DNA of 64,000 nucleotides from Euryarchaeota archaeon UBA257. GTDB lineage: Archaea > Thermoplasmatota > Poseidoniia > Poseidoniales > Thalassarchaeaceae. Below, one piece after another: positions 30,061-46,500 of the stretch. The translations under genes and the position numbers were made by a program. Every line of letters starts with the position of its first letter. The first letter of the stretch is position 1. Location: the NCBI GenBank assembly GCA_002498985.1, contig DAJO01000030.1:14586-78585 (forward strand), read 5' to 3'. Under the pieces are notes generated by a model. It did no database searches, was not told the origin of the DNA, and was given only the letters and a program-made list of their open reading frames with translations.

Positions 30061-32754
30061 ATGGCGAAGAGATCAATGCTAGATCAATTTGCAGAAATAA
30101 AGGCTCAGCACCCTGATACGGTTCTTTTTTTTCGAATGGGAGATTTTTATGAGATGTTCCATGACGATGCAGTTGTAGCATCCGAAGTTCTTGGAATTAC
30201 TTTGACAAGTCGCGATAAAAATTCTGAAAATCCCGTACCTATGGCAGGCGTTCCTTGGCATTCTGTGGAATCGTATTTACAGTCAATGTTACGTGCTGGT
30301 TACAAAGTTACAATGTGTGAGCAGGAAGAAGAGCTACGCCCCGGTTCTAAGATTCTTGAAAGAGTAGTTACTAGAGTATACACACCAGGATCACTTTACG
30401 AAGAGAATTTGATTGGAGAGGATGGTTCTAGTATTTTAGCGTCAATATCAATTAAAGATGATATAATTGGAATGGCAATTTTAGATTCTTCCACAGGTCG
30501 TTCTTGGATTCAAGAACAATCTGGAGCAGGTCGTTGGGAGAGGATCAAAGACGAGATTCAAAGATGGTCACCGAGCGAATTAGTGGTCTCAAAGAAAGAT
30601 GCATCATCGCAATTAGTTTTGTCCCTAATATCTGATTTAGATAATGTGATTCTTAGTGTCTATGATGCCAACCCTAAGCAAATGCTACAAGCACTTCGTG
30701 AACATCTGAAAGTTTCAGACCTTGGAAGTATAGACCTGGACTCTAAACCTTTAGCTTTACAGGCATGTGGACTTGCTGCCAGATACATAGCAAATTTACA
30801 TCTAATTGATACTGTCCCTCTCCGCGAACTTCATTTTGATGCAGATGAGGGGCATTTAGTATTAGATCAAACTACTCTGAGAAATTTAGAATTAAGCCGT
30901 ACTTTAGTAGGGGAGAAACAAGGTTCACTATTACAATCAATTGATTCAACAAGAACTTGGATGGGGAGAAGATTACTAAGAGAATGGATAATGAGACCAC
31001 TAACAAATATAGAAGAAATTGGGCTAAGGCATTCCGCAGTAAGTAGTTTATTCAAAGCACCCAGAAGACTTGATTCACTCAGAGAGTCACTTAAATCAAT
31101 GAGGGATTTAGAACGTCTTTCAACCCGTTTAGCCTATGGTAGAGCAAATGCCAGAGATTTGGTTGCAATTTCCGAATGTCTTGGGCGTATGAAAAAAATT
31201 CAAACCCTGCTAAGCGAAGGTAATTCTGAACTTTTACACCAATCCTCTGTAGGGCTGGATAACTTATCTGAGATTAATAGTTTGATTTCTGAAAAAATAG
31301 TGGATGAGCCACCTGCAACAATTAGAGACGGAGGGATATTTAGATTTGGAGTCGATAAGAAGTTAGATGATCTTAGAAATAAAGCAGGTGAGGGAACTGA
31401 TTGGTTGAAGAATTTTGAATCCCAAGAGAGAGAAAAATTAGATATTCCGAATTTAAAAATCAAACATAATAGGCAATTTGGTTTCTTTATTGAGGTTACG
31501 AAATCTCATATTAATAAGATACCCGAACATTATCGTCGTCGACAAACTATGACAAATGCAGAGAGGTATACCACTGAAGACTTAGCATCTTGGGAAGAAA
31601 TAATTTTGACTGCTGATGATAGAGCAAAAGCTCTCGAAAGAGAATTATTTATCGAATTACGAAAACTTGTGTCTAATTTTTCTTCAGAATTAGCAACCAT
31701 AGCTAGAAAAATTGCAATTGCTGATGTAATATGTTCTTTTGCTACTCATGCAAGAAGAAATTCTTGGTGTAAACCAGAAATTGTCGAAGGGAATAAGATT
31801 GAGATTATCTCTGGAAGACACCCCGTTTTAGAGTCAGATGGTAGGTTCGTACCAAATGATGTTAGAATAGATAAAAAAAGAAGTTTTTTGCTATTAACGG
31901 GTCCAAATATGGGCGGTAAGTCAACTTATCTTCGTCAAACTGCATTAATTTCAATATTAGCTCAGTCAGGTTCTTTCGTACCCGCTGAAAAAGCAAAAAT
32001 TGGCATTATTGATAGAGTATTCACAAGAGTTGGCGCACATGACGATTTACGTCGTGGGCGATCAACCTTCATGATGGAAATGATAGAAGTCGCTCATATA
32101 CTGAGGCGGGCGACTGACAAAAGTCTCATTCTTCTTGATGAAATAGGCAGAGGGACCTCAACTTTTGACGGCCTAGCAATTGCTTGGTCAGTTACAGAAG
32201 ATATTTGTCAAAGACTGGGTGCAAGAACTCTATTTGCCACTCATTATCATCAATTGATTGGCTTAGAAAATGAGTTTCAAAATCTGAAGAATATTCATGT
32301 TCAGGTAGCAGATATCAACGGTGAAATTCGCTTTTTACACACAATTTCTGAAGGCTCTTGTGACCAATCATATGGTGTGCAAGTCGCTGCATTAGCAGGT
32401 CTGCCAATATCAGTGGTTGAGAGAGCTAGAGATCTACTAATTTTCCTAGAAAGTCAAGCACAGGGGGCCAAAGCAGGTTCCAATAAATCTCCTGATTATA
32501 GACCAGGGGGTCAATCAAGTATTTATGGCTGGATGCTTAACTCTACTCCCTCCGAAATAGCAAATGAAGAAATTATTGAATCTAATTCACCATCTATAAA
32601 AGAAGAGATAATTATCGACCCCATGCTGAAAGAAATTGCCGAAAGGTTAAGATCAATTGACCCTGATAATCTAAGTCCTAGAGAATCCCAAGAAGTATTG
32701 TACGCGATGATTGAATCTCTTCAGAAATCTCAATATTATGATTTAATGGAGTGA
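30061..32754 (+). CDS. mutS: DNA mismatch repair protein MutS (bacterial MutS1 type)
   Basis: N-terminal mismatch domain FFRMGDFYEMF, Walker A GPNMGGKST, DEIGRGTSTFDG and ATHYH. I prefer ATG 30061 over TTG 30046. Confidence 0.93.
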   Translation: MAKRSMLDQFAEIKAQHPDTVLFFRMGDFYEMFHDDAVVASEVLGITLTSRDKNSENPVPMAGVPWHSVESYLQSMLRAGYKVTMCEQEEELRPGSKILERVVTRVYTPGSLYEENLIGEDGSSILASISIKDDIIGMAILDSSTGRSWIQEQSGAGRWERIKDEIQRWSPSELVVSKKDASSQLVLSLISDLDNVILSVYDANPKQMLQALREHLKVSDLGSIDLDSKPLALQACGLAARYIANLHLIDTVPLRELHFDADEGHLVLDQTTLRNLELSRTLVGEKQGSLLQSIDSTRTWMGRRLLREWIMRPLTNIEEIGLRHSAVSSLFKAPRRLDSLRESLKSMRDLERLSTRLAYGRANARDLVAISECLGRMKKIQTLLSEGNSELLHQSSVGLDNLSEINSLISEKIVDEPPATIRDGGIFRFGVDKKLDDLRNKAGEGTDWLKNFESQEREKLDIPNLKIKHNRQFGFFIEVTKSHINKIPEHYRRRQTMTNAERYTTEDLASWEEIILTADDRAKALERELFIELRKLVSNFSSELATIARKIAIADVICSFATHARRNSWCKPEIVEGNKIEIISGRHPVLESDGRFVPNDVRIDKKRSFLLLTGPNMGGKSTYLRQTALISILAQSGSFVPAEKAKIGIIDRVFTRVGAHDDLRRGRSTFMMEMIEVAHILRRATDKSLILLDEIGRGTSTFDGLAIAWSVTEDICQRLGARTLFATHYHQLIGLENEFQNLKNIHVQVADINGEIRFLHTISEGSCDQSYGVQVAALAGLPISVVERARDLLIFLESQAQGAKAGSNKSPDYRPGGQSSIYGWMLNSTPSEIANEEIIESNSPSIKEEIIIDPMLKEIAERLRSIDPDNLSPRESQEVLYAMIESLQKSQYYDLME

Positions 32755-32758
32755 AAAA

Positions 32759-34714
32759 ATGTCTGATTCAACTCGTAGATCAATTCAACAACTTGACGAA
32801 TTAACTATCGATCAAATAGCGGCAGGAGAGGTTGTCGAAAGACCCGCTCAAGTTGTTAAAGAGTTAGTAGAAAATTCTATTGATTCTGGTTGTGGAAAGA
32901 TAAGAATTGAAATTGTGAATGGTGGGTTCTCTAGAATTTCAGTAATCGACGATGGCCATGGAATCCCTAAAAAAGAACTAAAATTAGCTATAAAAAGACA
33001 TGCAACTAGTAAGATTTCTTCCTCAGAGGATTTGAGAACAATTGTGACCAAAGGATTTCGTGGTGAAGCATTAGCATCAATAGCTGCGGTTAGTAAAATG
33101 ACCCTTTCTAGTAAGGTTAGGGGATTAGAAGGTTTTTCAATAACAGTCGACAATGGGTCCATAGAGAATATCGAATTAATGGGAATTCCTCCTGGTACGA
33201 AGGTAGATGTGGTTAATTTATTTGAAAAAATACCGGCTCGTTTATCCTTTCAAAGAAGGCCTTCTACTGAAAATGCTGCAATAGTTGATATTGCAATTTC
33301 GTTAGCTCTGAGTGAACCAAAAGTTGGAATTATAGTTGAAATTGATGATCGTGTAGTATTAGACTGTCCTCCATGTGATAGTATGGAAGACAGATTATAC
33401 GACTTATTTGGTTCTACTTCATCTAAATTAATACCTCTTGAATCTTCAGAAAACGATAAAGATGCCCCTGGTAAAGAAAATTGGAATGGATGGATTTCCC
33501 CTCCGGGGATTTCACGTTCTCGCTCTGATGATATTCATGTAATGGTAAATGGCCGACCTGTAAGTTCGGGTCCTTTTTTGCAGTCTATTAGGCGTGGATA
33601 TCATACCAGGTTGATGGTAGGTAGGCATCCTGTTGGTGTCTTTTCTCTTAATCTTCCAACTGAAGAGGTAGATGTCAATGTCCATCCAACTAAGAGAGAA
33701 GTCCGATTACAACATTCATGGAGGGTCCTAGAGAGATTGGAGAGAAGTATAAAATATACATTAAGCAAAATCTCGACTCAACCAGAGTTCAAAGATTTAA
33801 CAATTTTAGAAGGAATAAATATTGATGAAAATAGTGATAGAGTAGAAGATGACTCTGAAGATTTCATGCCGTCTTGGGCTCAAGTGAGCAATAAAGAAAA
33901 AATACAAACGCATTTTAGTAGTATTAGAACTTCAGTAGATAGAGTCCCCTCTGCTAATAATGATCCAGATTTGAATAATTCCGAGCAGCAAACTTTACCT
34001 GGATTAGATTCCAATCCCATTTCTCAGTCGTTATCGTCAGAAGAACGTAAATTACATCGTTTTTCCTTAACTGGTAAATCAGTCTCTCCCGTTGACGAAC
34101 CTCTGAGTGAAGCAGCAATAATACCTGATTTGCCTAAGATGAACGTTTTATCACAATTTTCAGATTCATATATTTTAGCAGAAGGAGAAGGTGAATTATT
34201 CATAGTTGATCAACATGCTTTACATGAAAGAATTAGATATGAAAGATTGCGTTCATCCATGGTTAACTGGGCTCCTCAAGAATTAATCAATCCAGTAGAT
34301 ATTTCTTTGGGAGCAAGAGAACTATCTGCTGCACGTTCTAATTCTGAAAGGTTACTTGATTTAGGCATTCGATTTACTGAATCTAAAGGGAAAATATTCG
34401 TAGAATCTGTTCCAGATGTTTTGATTGGTGATTCAGGACTAGTTGATTTCATTCATGATTTACTAATTGATATTTCTTCTCAACCTGAATCTAGAGGAAT
34501 TGATACGGTAGAGAAATTACGTGATAAAGTTGCTTTCATGAAATCTTGCCGTGGTTCAGTTAAGGCAAATCAAGAACTTAATTTAGCTGAAATGAGGCGT
34601 TTATTACTTGATATGAGGACGGTCCCAAATCCATGGGCATGTGTACATGGGCGCCCAACAATACTCAAACTATCTCAAAATCATCTTGACAAGCACTTTG
34701 GAAGACACGGTTAA
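32759..34714 (+). CDS. mutL: DNA mismatch repair protein MutL (endonuclease-proficient type)
   Basis: GHKL ATPase N-terminus IAAGEVVERPAQVVKELVENSIDSG, GFRGEAL, endonuclease motif DQHALHERIRYE and C-terminal CVHGRPT. GGAGTGA SD upstream. Confidence 0.93.
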   Translation: MSDSTRRSIQQLDELTIDQIAAGEVVERPAQVVKELVENSIDSGCGKIRIEIVNGGFSRISVIDDGHGIPKKELKLAIKRHATSKISSSEDLRTIVTKGFRGEALASIAAVSKMTLSSKVRGLEGFSITVDNGSIENIELMGIPPGTKVDVVNLFEKIPARLSFQRRPSTENAAIVDIAISLALSEPKVGIIVEIDDRVVLDCPPCDSMEDRLYDLFGSTSSKLIPLESSENDKDAPGKENWNGWISPPGISRSRSDDIHVMVNGRPVSSGPFLQSIRRGYHTRLMVGRHPVGVFSLNLPTEEVDVNVHPTKREVRLQHSWRVLERLERSIKYTLSKISTQPEFKDLTILEGINIDENSDRVEDDSEDFMPSWAQVSNKEKIQTHFSSIRTSVDRVPSANNDPDLNNSEQQTLPGLDSNPISQSLSSEERKLHRFSLTGKSVSPVDEPLSEAAIIPDLPKMNVLSQFSDSYILAEGEGELFIVDQHALHERIRYERLRSSMVNWAPQELINPVDISLGARELSAARSNSERLLDLGIRFTESKGKIFVESVPDVLIGDSGLVDFIHDLLIDISSQPESRGIDTVEKLRDKVAFMKSCRGSVKANQELNLAEMRRLLLDMRTVPNPWACVHGRPTILKLSQNHLDKHFGRHG

Positions 34715-34715
34715 A

Positions 34716-35909
34716 CTATTTCAGTGAACTTATCAAATCCATAAATTCAGGATGTGTGACTTTAATTATTTCTGTATTATCAATTTCTGCTCCGCAGTAG
34801 GTTGCTAATATTACGGCGGTCATAGCTAATCTATGATCCATATGTGTTTTAATCTCCACTTCAGGCCTCTTAGGGAGTTCTTTTCCATACAATATAATTC
34901 CGTCTTTTTTTGGTTTACAGTTTATAGAAAAAGCATTTAATAATTCACATGTCTTAATTATTCTATCCGATTCTTTACCCTTAGTATGCTCGGCTCCAAT
35001 TATTTCTCCTCCATTTGAAATAGCCATTAAGGCCGCAGCAGGAGTAATAATATCACTAGCATTTACAAGATTTAATATCTCGAAGTTTGTTTTTTCTAAG
35101 TCTTCAAGAGTCGATGACAATAGATTATCTGGGTCATCTTTCTTCACTTTAATTTGTAAATCTTGATGTAATTTTTCTAACAATATAGCCATAGGGTATA
35201 AACTAATTTCACTCGGTATTATTACAGTACCTGGTGACTTCACATCCCAATTAGATAATCGGATATTGTTATTCTCTAACCTCCCCTCAAAGCCCCACTT
35301 TCTGGCCAAGTTTATTGTCAATTCTAGATATCCTCTACTGACCTTTTCGCCCAATAAACTAATATCAATTTCCTCTTTAAAATCTGAAGAAGATAGTATC
35401 AGAGAAGTAATTGGCTGACTCGATCTTGAAACATCAATGTCTAATTTTTTCTGGATTTTCATTGGCCCTTTTATTCTACAGGGGAAACCATTCCCTGAAA
35501 CTTCACACCCTAGTTCTCTGAGAAAATTAGCCAATTCAATATTACTTCTATTGCGTAGAGAAGAGTCTCCATCCACAATAATTTCAGAATCAAAAGTAGC
35601 AGCTATCACACTCATTATTTTGGCAACGGTCCCTGAGTTGCCACAATCTATTTCTTCTTTAGGCGCAATTAAGCCATTTTTTGGAGGTTTAACTATCCAT
35701 TTCCTCTCTTCTTTGATAATTTCTACACCCATTAATTCTAAACAATTACTCATTGAAATTATATCCTCCCCTGGAGTTCCATTGAAAATTATTTCAGTAT
35801 TCTTCATAGATTTGGATGCAAGCATCAATTCTCTAATCATATGACTCTTGGACGGCGGTAATCTATACTCAAAAACTCCTTTTGGAGTAATAGGTTCAAT
35901 CCTTTCCAC
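34716..35909 (-). CDS. aroA: 3-phosphoshikimate 1-carboxyvinyltransferase (EPSP synthase)
   Basis: 397 aa. LPPSKSHMIRELMLA, GNSGTVAKIM, KESDRI and DHRLAMTAVILA are EPSPS motifs. Confidence 0.88.
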   Translation of the reverse strand: MERIEPITPKGVFEYRLPPSKSHMIRELMLASKSMKNTEIIFNGTPGEDIISMSNCLELMGVEIIKEERKWIVKPPKNGLIAPKEEIDCGNSGTVAKIMSVIAATFDSEIIVDGDSSLRNRSNIELANFLRELGCEVSGNGFPCRIKGPMKIQKKLDIDVSRSSQPITSLILSSSDFKEEIDISLLGEKVSRGYLELTINLARKWGFEGRLENNNIRLSNWDVKSPGTVIIPSEISLYPMAILLEKLHQDLQIKVKKDDPDNLLSSTLEDLEKTNFEILNLVNASDIITPAAALMAISNGGEIIGAEHTKGKESDRIIKTCELLNAFSINCKPKKDGIILYGKELPKRPEVEIKTHMDHRLAMTAVILATYCGAEIDNTEIIKVTHPEFMDLISSLK

Positions 35910-35945
35910 ACTCTTCGATAGTTGGGTAGTTGTTGAATACTTTTG

Positions 35946-36791
35946 TCAAGGCTCCACATTTCTAATAGTGTCTCCAAAGTCACTTATTTCATCCCAAGAC
36001 CTTGCTTTCTCTTCTATTTGATTAATTTTCATTTCTTCCTTAATGCTACCACCCCTTAATTTCACTAAATTTTTTCTACTGAGTAATTTAGGACTTAAGC
36101 CAGGTAGTATCACACCAATTGCACGAGGGACTCTACCGGGGTATACGTCGTTTACGTGTGATGCAATATTTGTAGTGCAATTATTGAATATGCTATTATA
36201 AAACTCAGGTTTATTATGTAAATCATTGGTTCTTTTTAGATATGATTCTAACATTCTACACTGGTTTCCTTCCCCTAAAATGACGGCTTCAAAAAGATGA
36301 GTTTCAGATTTTCTACATCTACTTCTTACACCAATTACATCTTCTTCAGTAGCCCAGACATACATTATTTCAAACTCTCTTAATAGCCCTTTTAATGGAC
36401 TAAATCTTTCACTAGGCTCTCTTCTAATTTCTATTGAACACGAGATTCTATCTCCATTTTTAAATTCGAAACTTAGTAAAGTGTGTGCAACAGGTCTTCT
36501 AGTTGGATAAAAATATTCTAGAACTAACCATATCTTAGTACATTCAGATATCTTAAACTTCTTTTCTATCCATCGCTCATCATAATCTTTTGTTGTTCTC
36601 CAATTAAAATCTCTGACATTTTTTAGTATTACATCGTCTCCATTTATTTCTGCAAAAGAAGTAAATTTGTTTTCATTTACCCATGATAAATCGTTAGAAG
36701 GGGTTAGATGCCTTATTCTTGACCATACCCATAATAATAGGATAGTGACTGATAATATCAGAACTAAAGTCATTACAGTCAGGTAATTCAT
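35946..36791 (-). CDS. N-terminally anchored membrane protein, DUF4105 (Lnb N-terminal domain)-like
   Basis: One N-terminal TM helix (MNYLTVMTLVLILSVTILLLWVW). VAHTLLSFEF and YNSIFNNCTTNIASHV resemble DUF4105 blocks (from memory). The start is trimmed to ATG 36791 because the longer ORF (to 36890) overlaps the tRNA-Ser gene. Confidence 0.5.
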   Translation of the reverse strand: MNYLTVMTLVLILSVTILLLWVWSRIRHLTPSNDLSWVNENKFTSFAEINGDDVILKNVRDFNWRTTKDYDERWIEKKFKISECTKIWLVLEYFYPTRRPVAHTLLSFEFKNGDRISCSIEIRREPSERFSPLKGLLREFEIMYVWATEEDVIGVRSRCRKSETHLFEAVILGEGNQCRMLESYLKRTNDLHNKPEFYNSIFNNCTTNIASHVNDVYPGRVPRAIGVILPGLSPKLLSRKNLVKLRGGSIKEEMKINQIEEKARSWDEISDFGDTIRNVEP

Positions 36792-36836
36792 GGCTGTGCT
36801 GAGAACGACGTAAACAAGAAACCTCCTATCAATTAA

Positions 36837-36923
36837 TGGCGCGGCAGGGGAGATTCGAACTCCCGAGGTGAAACACCACTGGATTAGCAATCCAGCGCAA
36901 TGGCCAGGCTATGCGACTGCCGC
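36837..36923 (-). tRNA. tRNA-Ser (anticodon GCT), type II with a long variable arm and genomically encoded CCA
   Basis: Folded by hand. Acceptor GCGGCAG/CTGCCGC; D stem GCA/TGC with a GG-containing loop; anticodon stem CTGGA/TCCAG with loop TTGCTAA; variable arm GGTG-TTT-CACC; T arm GGGAG-TTCGAAT-CTCCC; discriminator G followed by CCA. Confidence 0.95.
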
Positions 36924-36969
36924 AACGTCCATCCGACTTTTGATTATGGCTTAAGCGGAACGGTCTATC

Positions 36970-41698
<4,729 letters not shown>

Positions 41699-41853
41699 AT
41701 TTAACTGTATAATTGGGGTGTCAGGGGGTTATTGAATGCTTTCGATATCTTTCACGAAATATGTCCAAACAAGGCTAAAACAAGACATTCTAGATTATTT
41801 TCTCTGAGAAAACCCTCGGCACGATTAAACGGGCCTCATTTCTCGCACCTTCA

Positions 41854-42660
41854 ATGAGTTTGCCCTTGATATGTGTTTCTCTCACCGGTTGTACAGTCGA
41901 TGAGATGGTAAAAGATGCAGCAAGAGCCACTGCAGTCGGTGCTGATATTGTTGAAGTTCGTTTAGATAAATTATGGGTTGTAGAACAAGAAATTGATGTC
42001 TCAGAAAAAGTAAAATCAGATTCTGATGATAATCGTAAATCTGTTTATACCCCACCTGAATTTATCTCTCAGTCAATGGATTCAGTAGATTTAGAATCAT
42101 CATTAATTTCCTTTAGAACTGGTATTGAATTACCTGTTATCTTAACTTGTAGGCCTGAAAGACAAGGGGGTTATTTCCCAGGTTCTGAGAAAGAGAGAAT
42201 TGAAGTATTAACTAAGGCCATAAAGAGTGGAGTAAGTTGGATTGATTTAGAGACTGATATAGAATCTAAAGAAAGGGAAAAATTAGTGAAAATGGCCGGA
42301 GATAGTACGAAGATAATATCTTCCAACCACTATGATCAATCCCCGGGCTCTACTAATGAAATCATTGAAGAAATCGATGAAATTTCTGGTTCTGGAAATA
42401 TTATCAAAATTGTTTTCAATACTGCTGGTAAGAAAGATGCTTTGAAGTTATTTGATATTGCATGGAGAACCAGAGATTCTAAGGATAAACTATCAATAAT
42501 GGGTATTGGTGCTGGAGGTGATTGGACAAGAATTCATGCACCTTTGTTGAATCAAAGCATGGTCTACACTACAATGGAAAATGGATGGTATCTTGCTCAA
42601 CAAGGTAAAATTAATACCAGTGACTTAAAAACTGCTTGGAAACTACTTGAATACAATTAA
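41854..42660 (+). CDS. aroD: 3-dehydroquinate dehydratase, type I, with an acidic insertion of about 45 aa
   Basis: GADIVEVRLDKL, SNHYDQSP (His-containing block), IIKIVFNTAG (Schiff-base Lys block) and SIMGIGAGGDWTRI correspond to type I DHQase motifs. Confidence 0.8.
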   Translation: MSLPLICVSLTGCTVDEMVKDAARATAVGADIVEVRLDKLWVVEQEIDVSEKVKSDSDDNRKSVYTPPEFISQSMDSVDLESSLISFRTGIELPVILTCRPERQGGYFPGSEKERIEVLTKAIKSGVSWIDLETDIESKEREKLVKMAGDSTKIISSNHYDQSPGSTNEIIEEIDEISGSGNIIKIVFNTAGKKDALKLFDIAWRTRDSKDKLSIMGIGAGGDWTRIHAPLLNQSMVYTTMENGWYLAQQGKINTSDLKTAWKLLEYN

Positions 42661-43541
42661 TTCTCTAATATTGGAATTTCTATTTCTTCAACTTGTTCTT
42701 TTTCAAGTCCATATGAATGATACTTACTATTAATTATTAATGGGACAATTAGGCAAGATAAAGGAAGTACAGCTAGCAATATATATGCTGTGAATTTAGG
42801 CAGGATAAGTCTGTTTTCAACATCAACTAATAATTCAACATTCAACGCGCCTCCTGCTGATTCCTGATCTGTATTTCTGTTGTTATCCCAATTATCGAAA
42901 ACCAAGTAGTATTCTATTAATTGCGAACTTCCAAACCAAGATGATGATGTTTGTGTATCTACTGATACTGAAAAATAACCTGATTCCGATTTTTCATATG
43001 AATGCACATCTCTAAAAGGCATCCAAGTAATCATATCTCTATATTCAACAGGCAGTGAATCAAATTCATCTAACCAGTTTTCAGCTCTGTCTTCATAATT
43101 CCAATAATAAAAGTCCCTATAATTTCCCTCACTCATTAAGTAAACATCTGCCTTCACCCCATTACTTGGAGGTGAATCTACATCTCCTGAATAAGTGTAA
43201 CAGAAAGTATATGATTTACCTGGAGATAAAGCCATACTAATAGCAGTAGCTGAATCATTATTTACACTTAATTCCATACTGAAATCCTGAGAAATTGGGG
43301 CGTATATAGTTGGTTGGTTGTCACTATCAAATCCGTCAAACCAATCAGATGTAGGGTTAAGATAATGATAGTTTATCCTCTCATCTATATCCCAACTATT
43401 ACTTGCAGGAACCCCACAAACGCTGTCTGCTTGAACTATAGGGGTAATACTAATTACTAACGTAATCAGTACCATTGGCATAAGAAAACATGAGTTTAGG
43501 AAAACTGCACTTAATTTCCTTTTGAAAGACAAACTAATCAT
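42657..43541 (-). CDS. Bitopic surface protein of unknown function, translationally coupled to the upstream metalloprotease gene
   Basis: 294 aa. N-terminal signal/anchor (...VISITPIVQA|DS), an ectodomain of about 210 aa rich in Trp/Tyr/Asp/Asn, a C-terminal TM helix (FTAYILLAVLPLSCLIVPLII) and a short acidic tail. Its start overlaps the stop of the 1397-aa gene by 4 nt. Confidence 0.6.
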   Translation of the reverse strand: MISLSFKRKLSAVFLNSCFLMPMVLITLVISITPIVQADSVCGVPASNSWDIDERINYHYLNPTSDWFDGFDSDNQPTIYAPISQDFSMELSVNNDSATAISMALSPGKSYTFCYTYSGDVDSPPSNGVKADVYLMSEGNYRDFYYWNYEDRAENWLDEFDSLPVEYRDMITWMPFRDVHSYEKSESGYFSVSVDTQTSSSWFGSSQLIEYYLVFDNWDNNRNTDQESAGGALNVELLVDVENRLILPKFTAYILLAVLPLSCLIVPLIINSKYHSYGLEKEQVEEIEIPILEN

Positions 43542-46500
43542 TTCCTTCTAGTCCTAATAGGTCGTATGTATCCTGACTCTTTGTTTCTTCGTTCTTCGAC
43601 TGTCAAATATTTCGGCTGTGGTGGGGGGTTATGCTGATCCATCCCGGGCAACCCTCCTTCTGCTTTAACTTCCTGAACATCATAAGTCTCAGTACTATTC
43701 TTTGCATCCATTTCTTCTTCATCTTTCTGCCTCATTATCAACCAGCCTAACAAAAGTACTGTGGCTACTAATGCTAGAAGACCTGCGCTTCCAGCATCAG
43801 GGACAAAATCTTTCCAAGTCAAATCGGATATAGATAACGGCCCATCGTCTTCTTCAATGCTTAGGACTGTAATTTCAAATTGCTTGCTTGAACAAACATT
43901 TACTCCGTCACATGTTTCAAGAATAATTACTAACGGTTGATATTCCGGTAACATCCATACCTGTTCTCCCCAAACAAAGTCATTCATAGTATTTCCATCA
44001 TTATCTATTCCATCAATTGCGATATTCAAATCCCATTTTATTTCCGGTTCACTAGATAAATATCTATCTTTGTCATTCTCAAAATCACCATCGCCATTTG
44101 AATCTTCATTAATATCTGTATCTAACCATGCTTCTATTCCATCTTCAAGGTCTCTATCAATCACTTCTGCATAAAGATTGACAATCTCTCCCACTATGAC
44201 ATATTCTAATCCTGTAGGGTCATTTGTAACTATTTCTGGAGTTCTAGAAACATAAATCATTATTGATGTAGTGTTAGTTTCTCCAGCTTCAAAACCATCG
44301 ACAACTGTTAATTTCACTATGTAAGTGCCTGGAATTTGATATTGGTGCCATACTTCAAACCCTTCTTTAACCGGAGACGAATCTCCGAAATCCCAAATCC
44401 ATCTAGTAATCCCATTCCATTCAGGGTCTTCTTGATTTGTTGAGATCATTCCTTCGAAGATAGGATCTGAGTCATAACTCTCCGACCCATCAAACAGTAG
44501 TGGCATATTTGGAGCAATAAATCCCCCCCCGTTTTCAGTGAAAGGTATCTGCCATGAGATTTGAGAATAATCAGCGGGTATGTAGTCTAAGTTGCTACCA
44601 TTAATACTTGGTTGTCTGAATTTTATTTCAGGAACCGGTAAAGGATTATCTATTCTAATTGTATAAGATTTTGTTGCAGATTCCATTCCTCTTTCATCAA
44701 TTACTGTTAAACTAATACTGTATAATCCGGGCGAAGTAAATGTGTGATAAACGGTTGAAACATTGTATAGGTCTTCATCAAATGCAGAAATATTCCATAT
44801 TATCTCTAGAGTAGAGCTATTTCCGTCAGGATCAAACGATAGACTTTCAAATATATATTCTGTATCGACAAATCCATCAACAGGTCTAGCAAATACTGCT
44901 ACTGGTCGTTGATTAACAACAAGTACTTGAATGGTAGTGGTTGAAGTATTACCATCATCGTCAGTAACCTCTAAACTGATATTTTTCATCCCTGGTTCTT
45001 TCCATCCAATAACTGGATTTCTTTCTAGTGACTCAGTCACTGAGAAATCTGAGGTTAATGTCATCCCCGATCCTTCAATATTTACTCCTTCTTCAAATGT
45101 CCAACGATATTCAACTATAAATCCATCTTGATCTTCGAAGATTATTGGCATTTCTATAGGTGTTAGAGTAAACGTTTGTAACGTATCATCAAAGATTTGT
45201 TCAGGGACTCTGTTTAGAACTCTAATATAGATTGAATAATCTACAAATTGATTCCCATCATCTATTGTTAGAGTTAAAGTATACATAATTCCATCTGAAC
45301 TTCCATCGACCCATGCATGTCCTAATTCAGCTAACCCTTTACCTTGTTCAATTTGTCCATCCCCCCAATTCCAAGTAAAAGTCATCTCATCAATTGGTAC
45401 ATTATCTTGACTTGATTGTGCAGAAAACTGAACTCTTTGATTAGTCATTAAAGTTAATTCTGAATCTTGAACTATACCGTCCACAGTAATGACGGGGATA
45501 GGTACCGATGTGTCGCTAACAGAGATTGTCCAAGACTGAGGTTCAGAAAAATACCCTCCTTTATCTTTGATAGTCAATACAATTGTATATATTCCTGATT
45601 CAAGATATGAATGAACAGGATTTTTCAGTCCTGAAGATGTATTATCTCCTAAGTCCCAATAATATGCTATAGGTGTCTCATTATGGCTAAAACTTCCATT
45701 AACTTGACTGAACCCCCACTCGTCATAGCCAGAACCAAACATGGCTACAGGGAGCCAAGTTTGAGTAACATTTGTAGTCAGAGAACCAGATGCTACTGGT
45801 TCCATGTTGGCAACGTTAACTGGTAATGCAAACGCTTGATCTACCGTGACTCCTGTGAAGTCAGTAATTTTAACTCCATAAGTCCAATCTCCCGTTTCTG
45901 GAGGAGTAAACCAAATACTTTTTTCAGTTGCTACACTATTTCCAGCAGTCAAATCGAAAATTAATGTATCTTGAATGGTATTGTTTAGATAAGCGTTGAC
46001 TTCAACTTCAAGAATCTCAAAGAATGCATTAGAAGTGACTTCTAAGTCTATTCTGCTACTGTCATCTAGATTATCTCCATCTCTATCGAAGTTTTCTATA
46101 CTAGCAATTTCTACTTCTGCAGGATCAGTTATTAAACCGGCCTGAACTGTAATCGCTGCTTCTGGATAAGAACCCGTAGTAATGCCACAACTAGCATAAT
46201 TATAGTCGCAATCATCAACAATTGATTCATACCAAGTAATCAACCAAACTTCGTCGCTGATATTACCAAATCCGTATACTAAACCTGTTCCTGCACCACT
46301 TGCTGGGTCGATTCTCAATCTATCCATTGACCAAGTTCCTGTAGATGCTTCTTTGGACATAATTATTCCCTCAAAACCAAATTGTGTTGGAGATACCATC
46401 AGATTTAGCGGCGCACCTGAGCCCTGTGAAAATTTATACGACCTCATACCCCATCCCTCTACTGAATCGCTATTACTCGTCCAATCGTTTACCCACTGGT

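Noticed and set aside
36792-36890. N-terminal extension of the 314-aa ORF (MLIQWCFTSGVRISPAAPL...).
   Set aside because: The extension is the reverse-strand read-through of the tRNA-Ser gene (36837-36923). The internal ATG at 36791 begins a proper signal-anchor helix.
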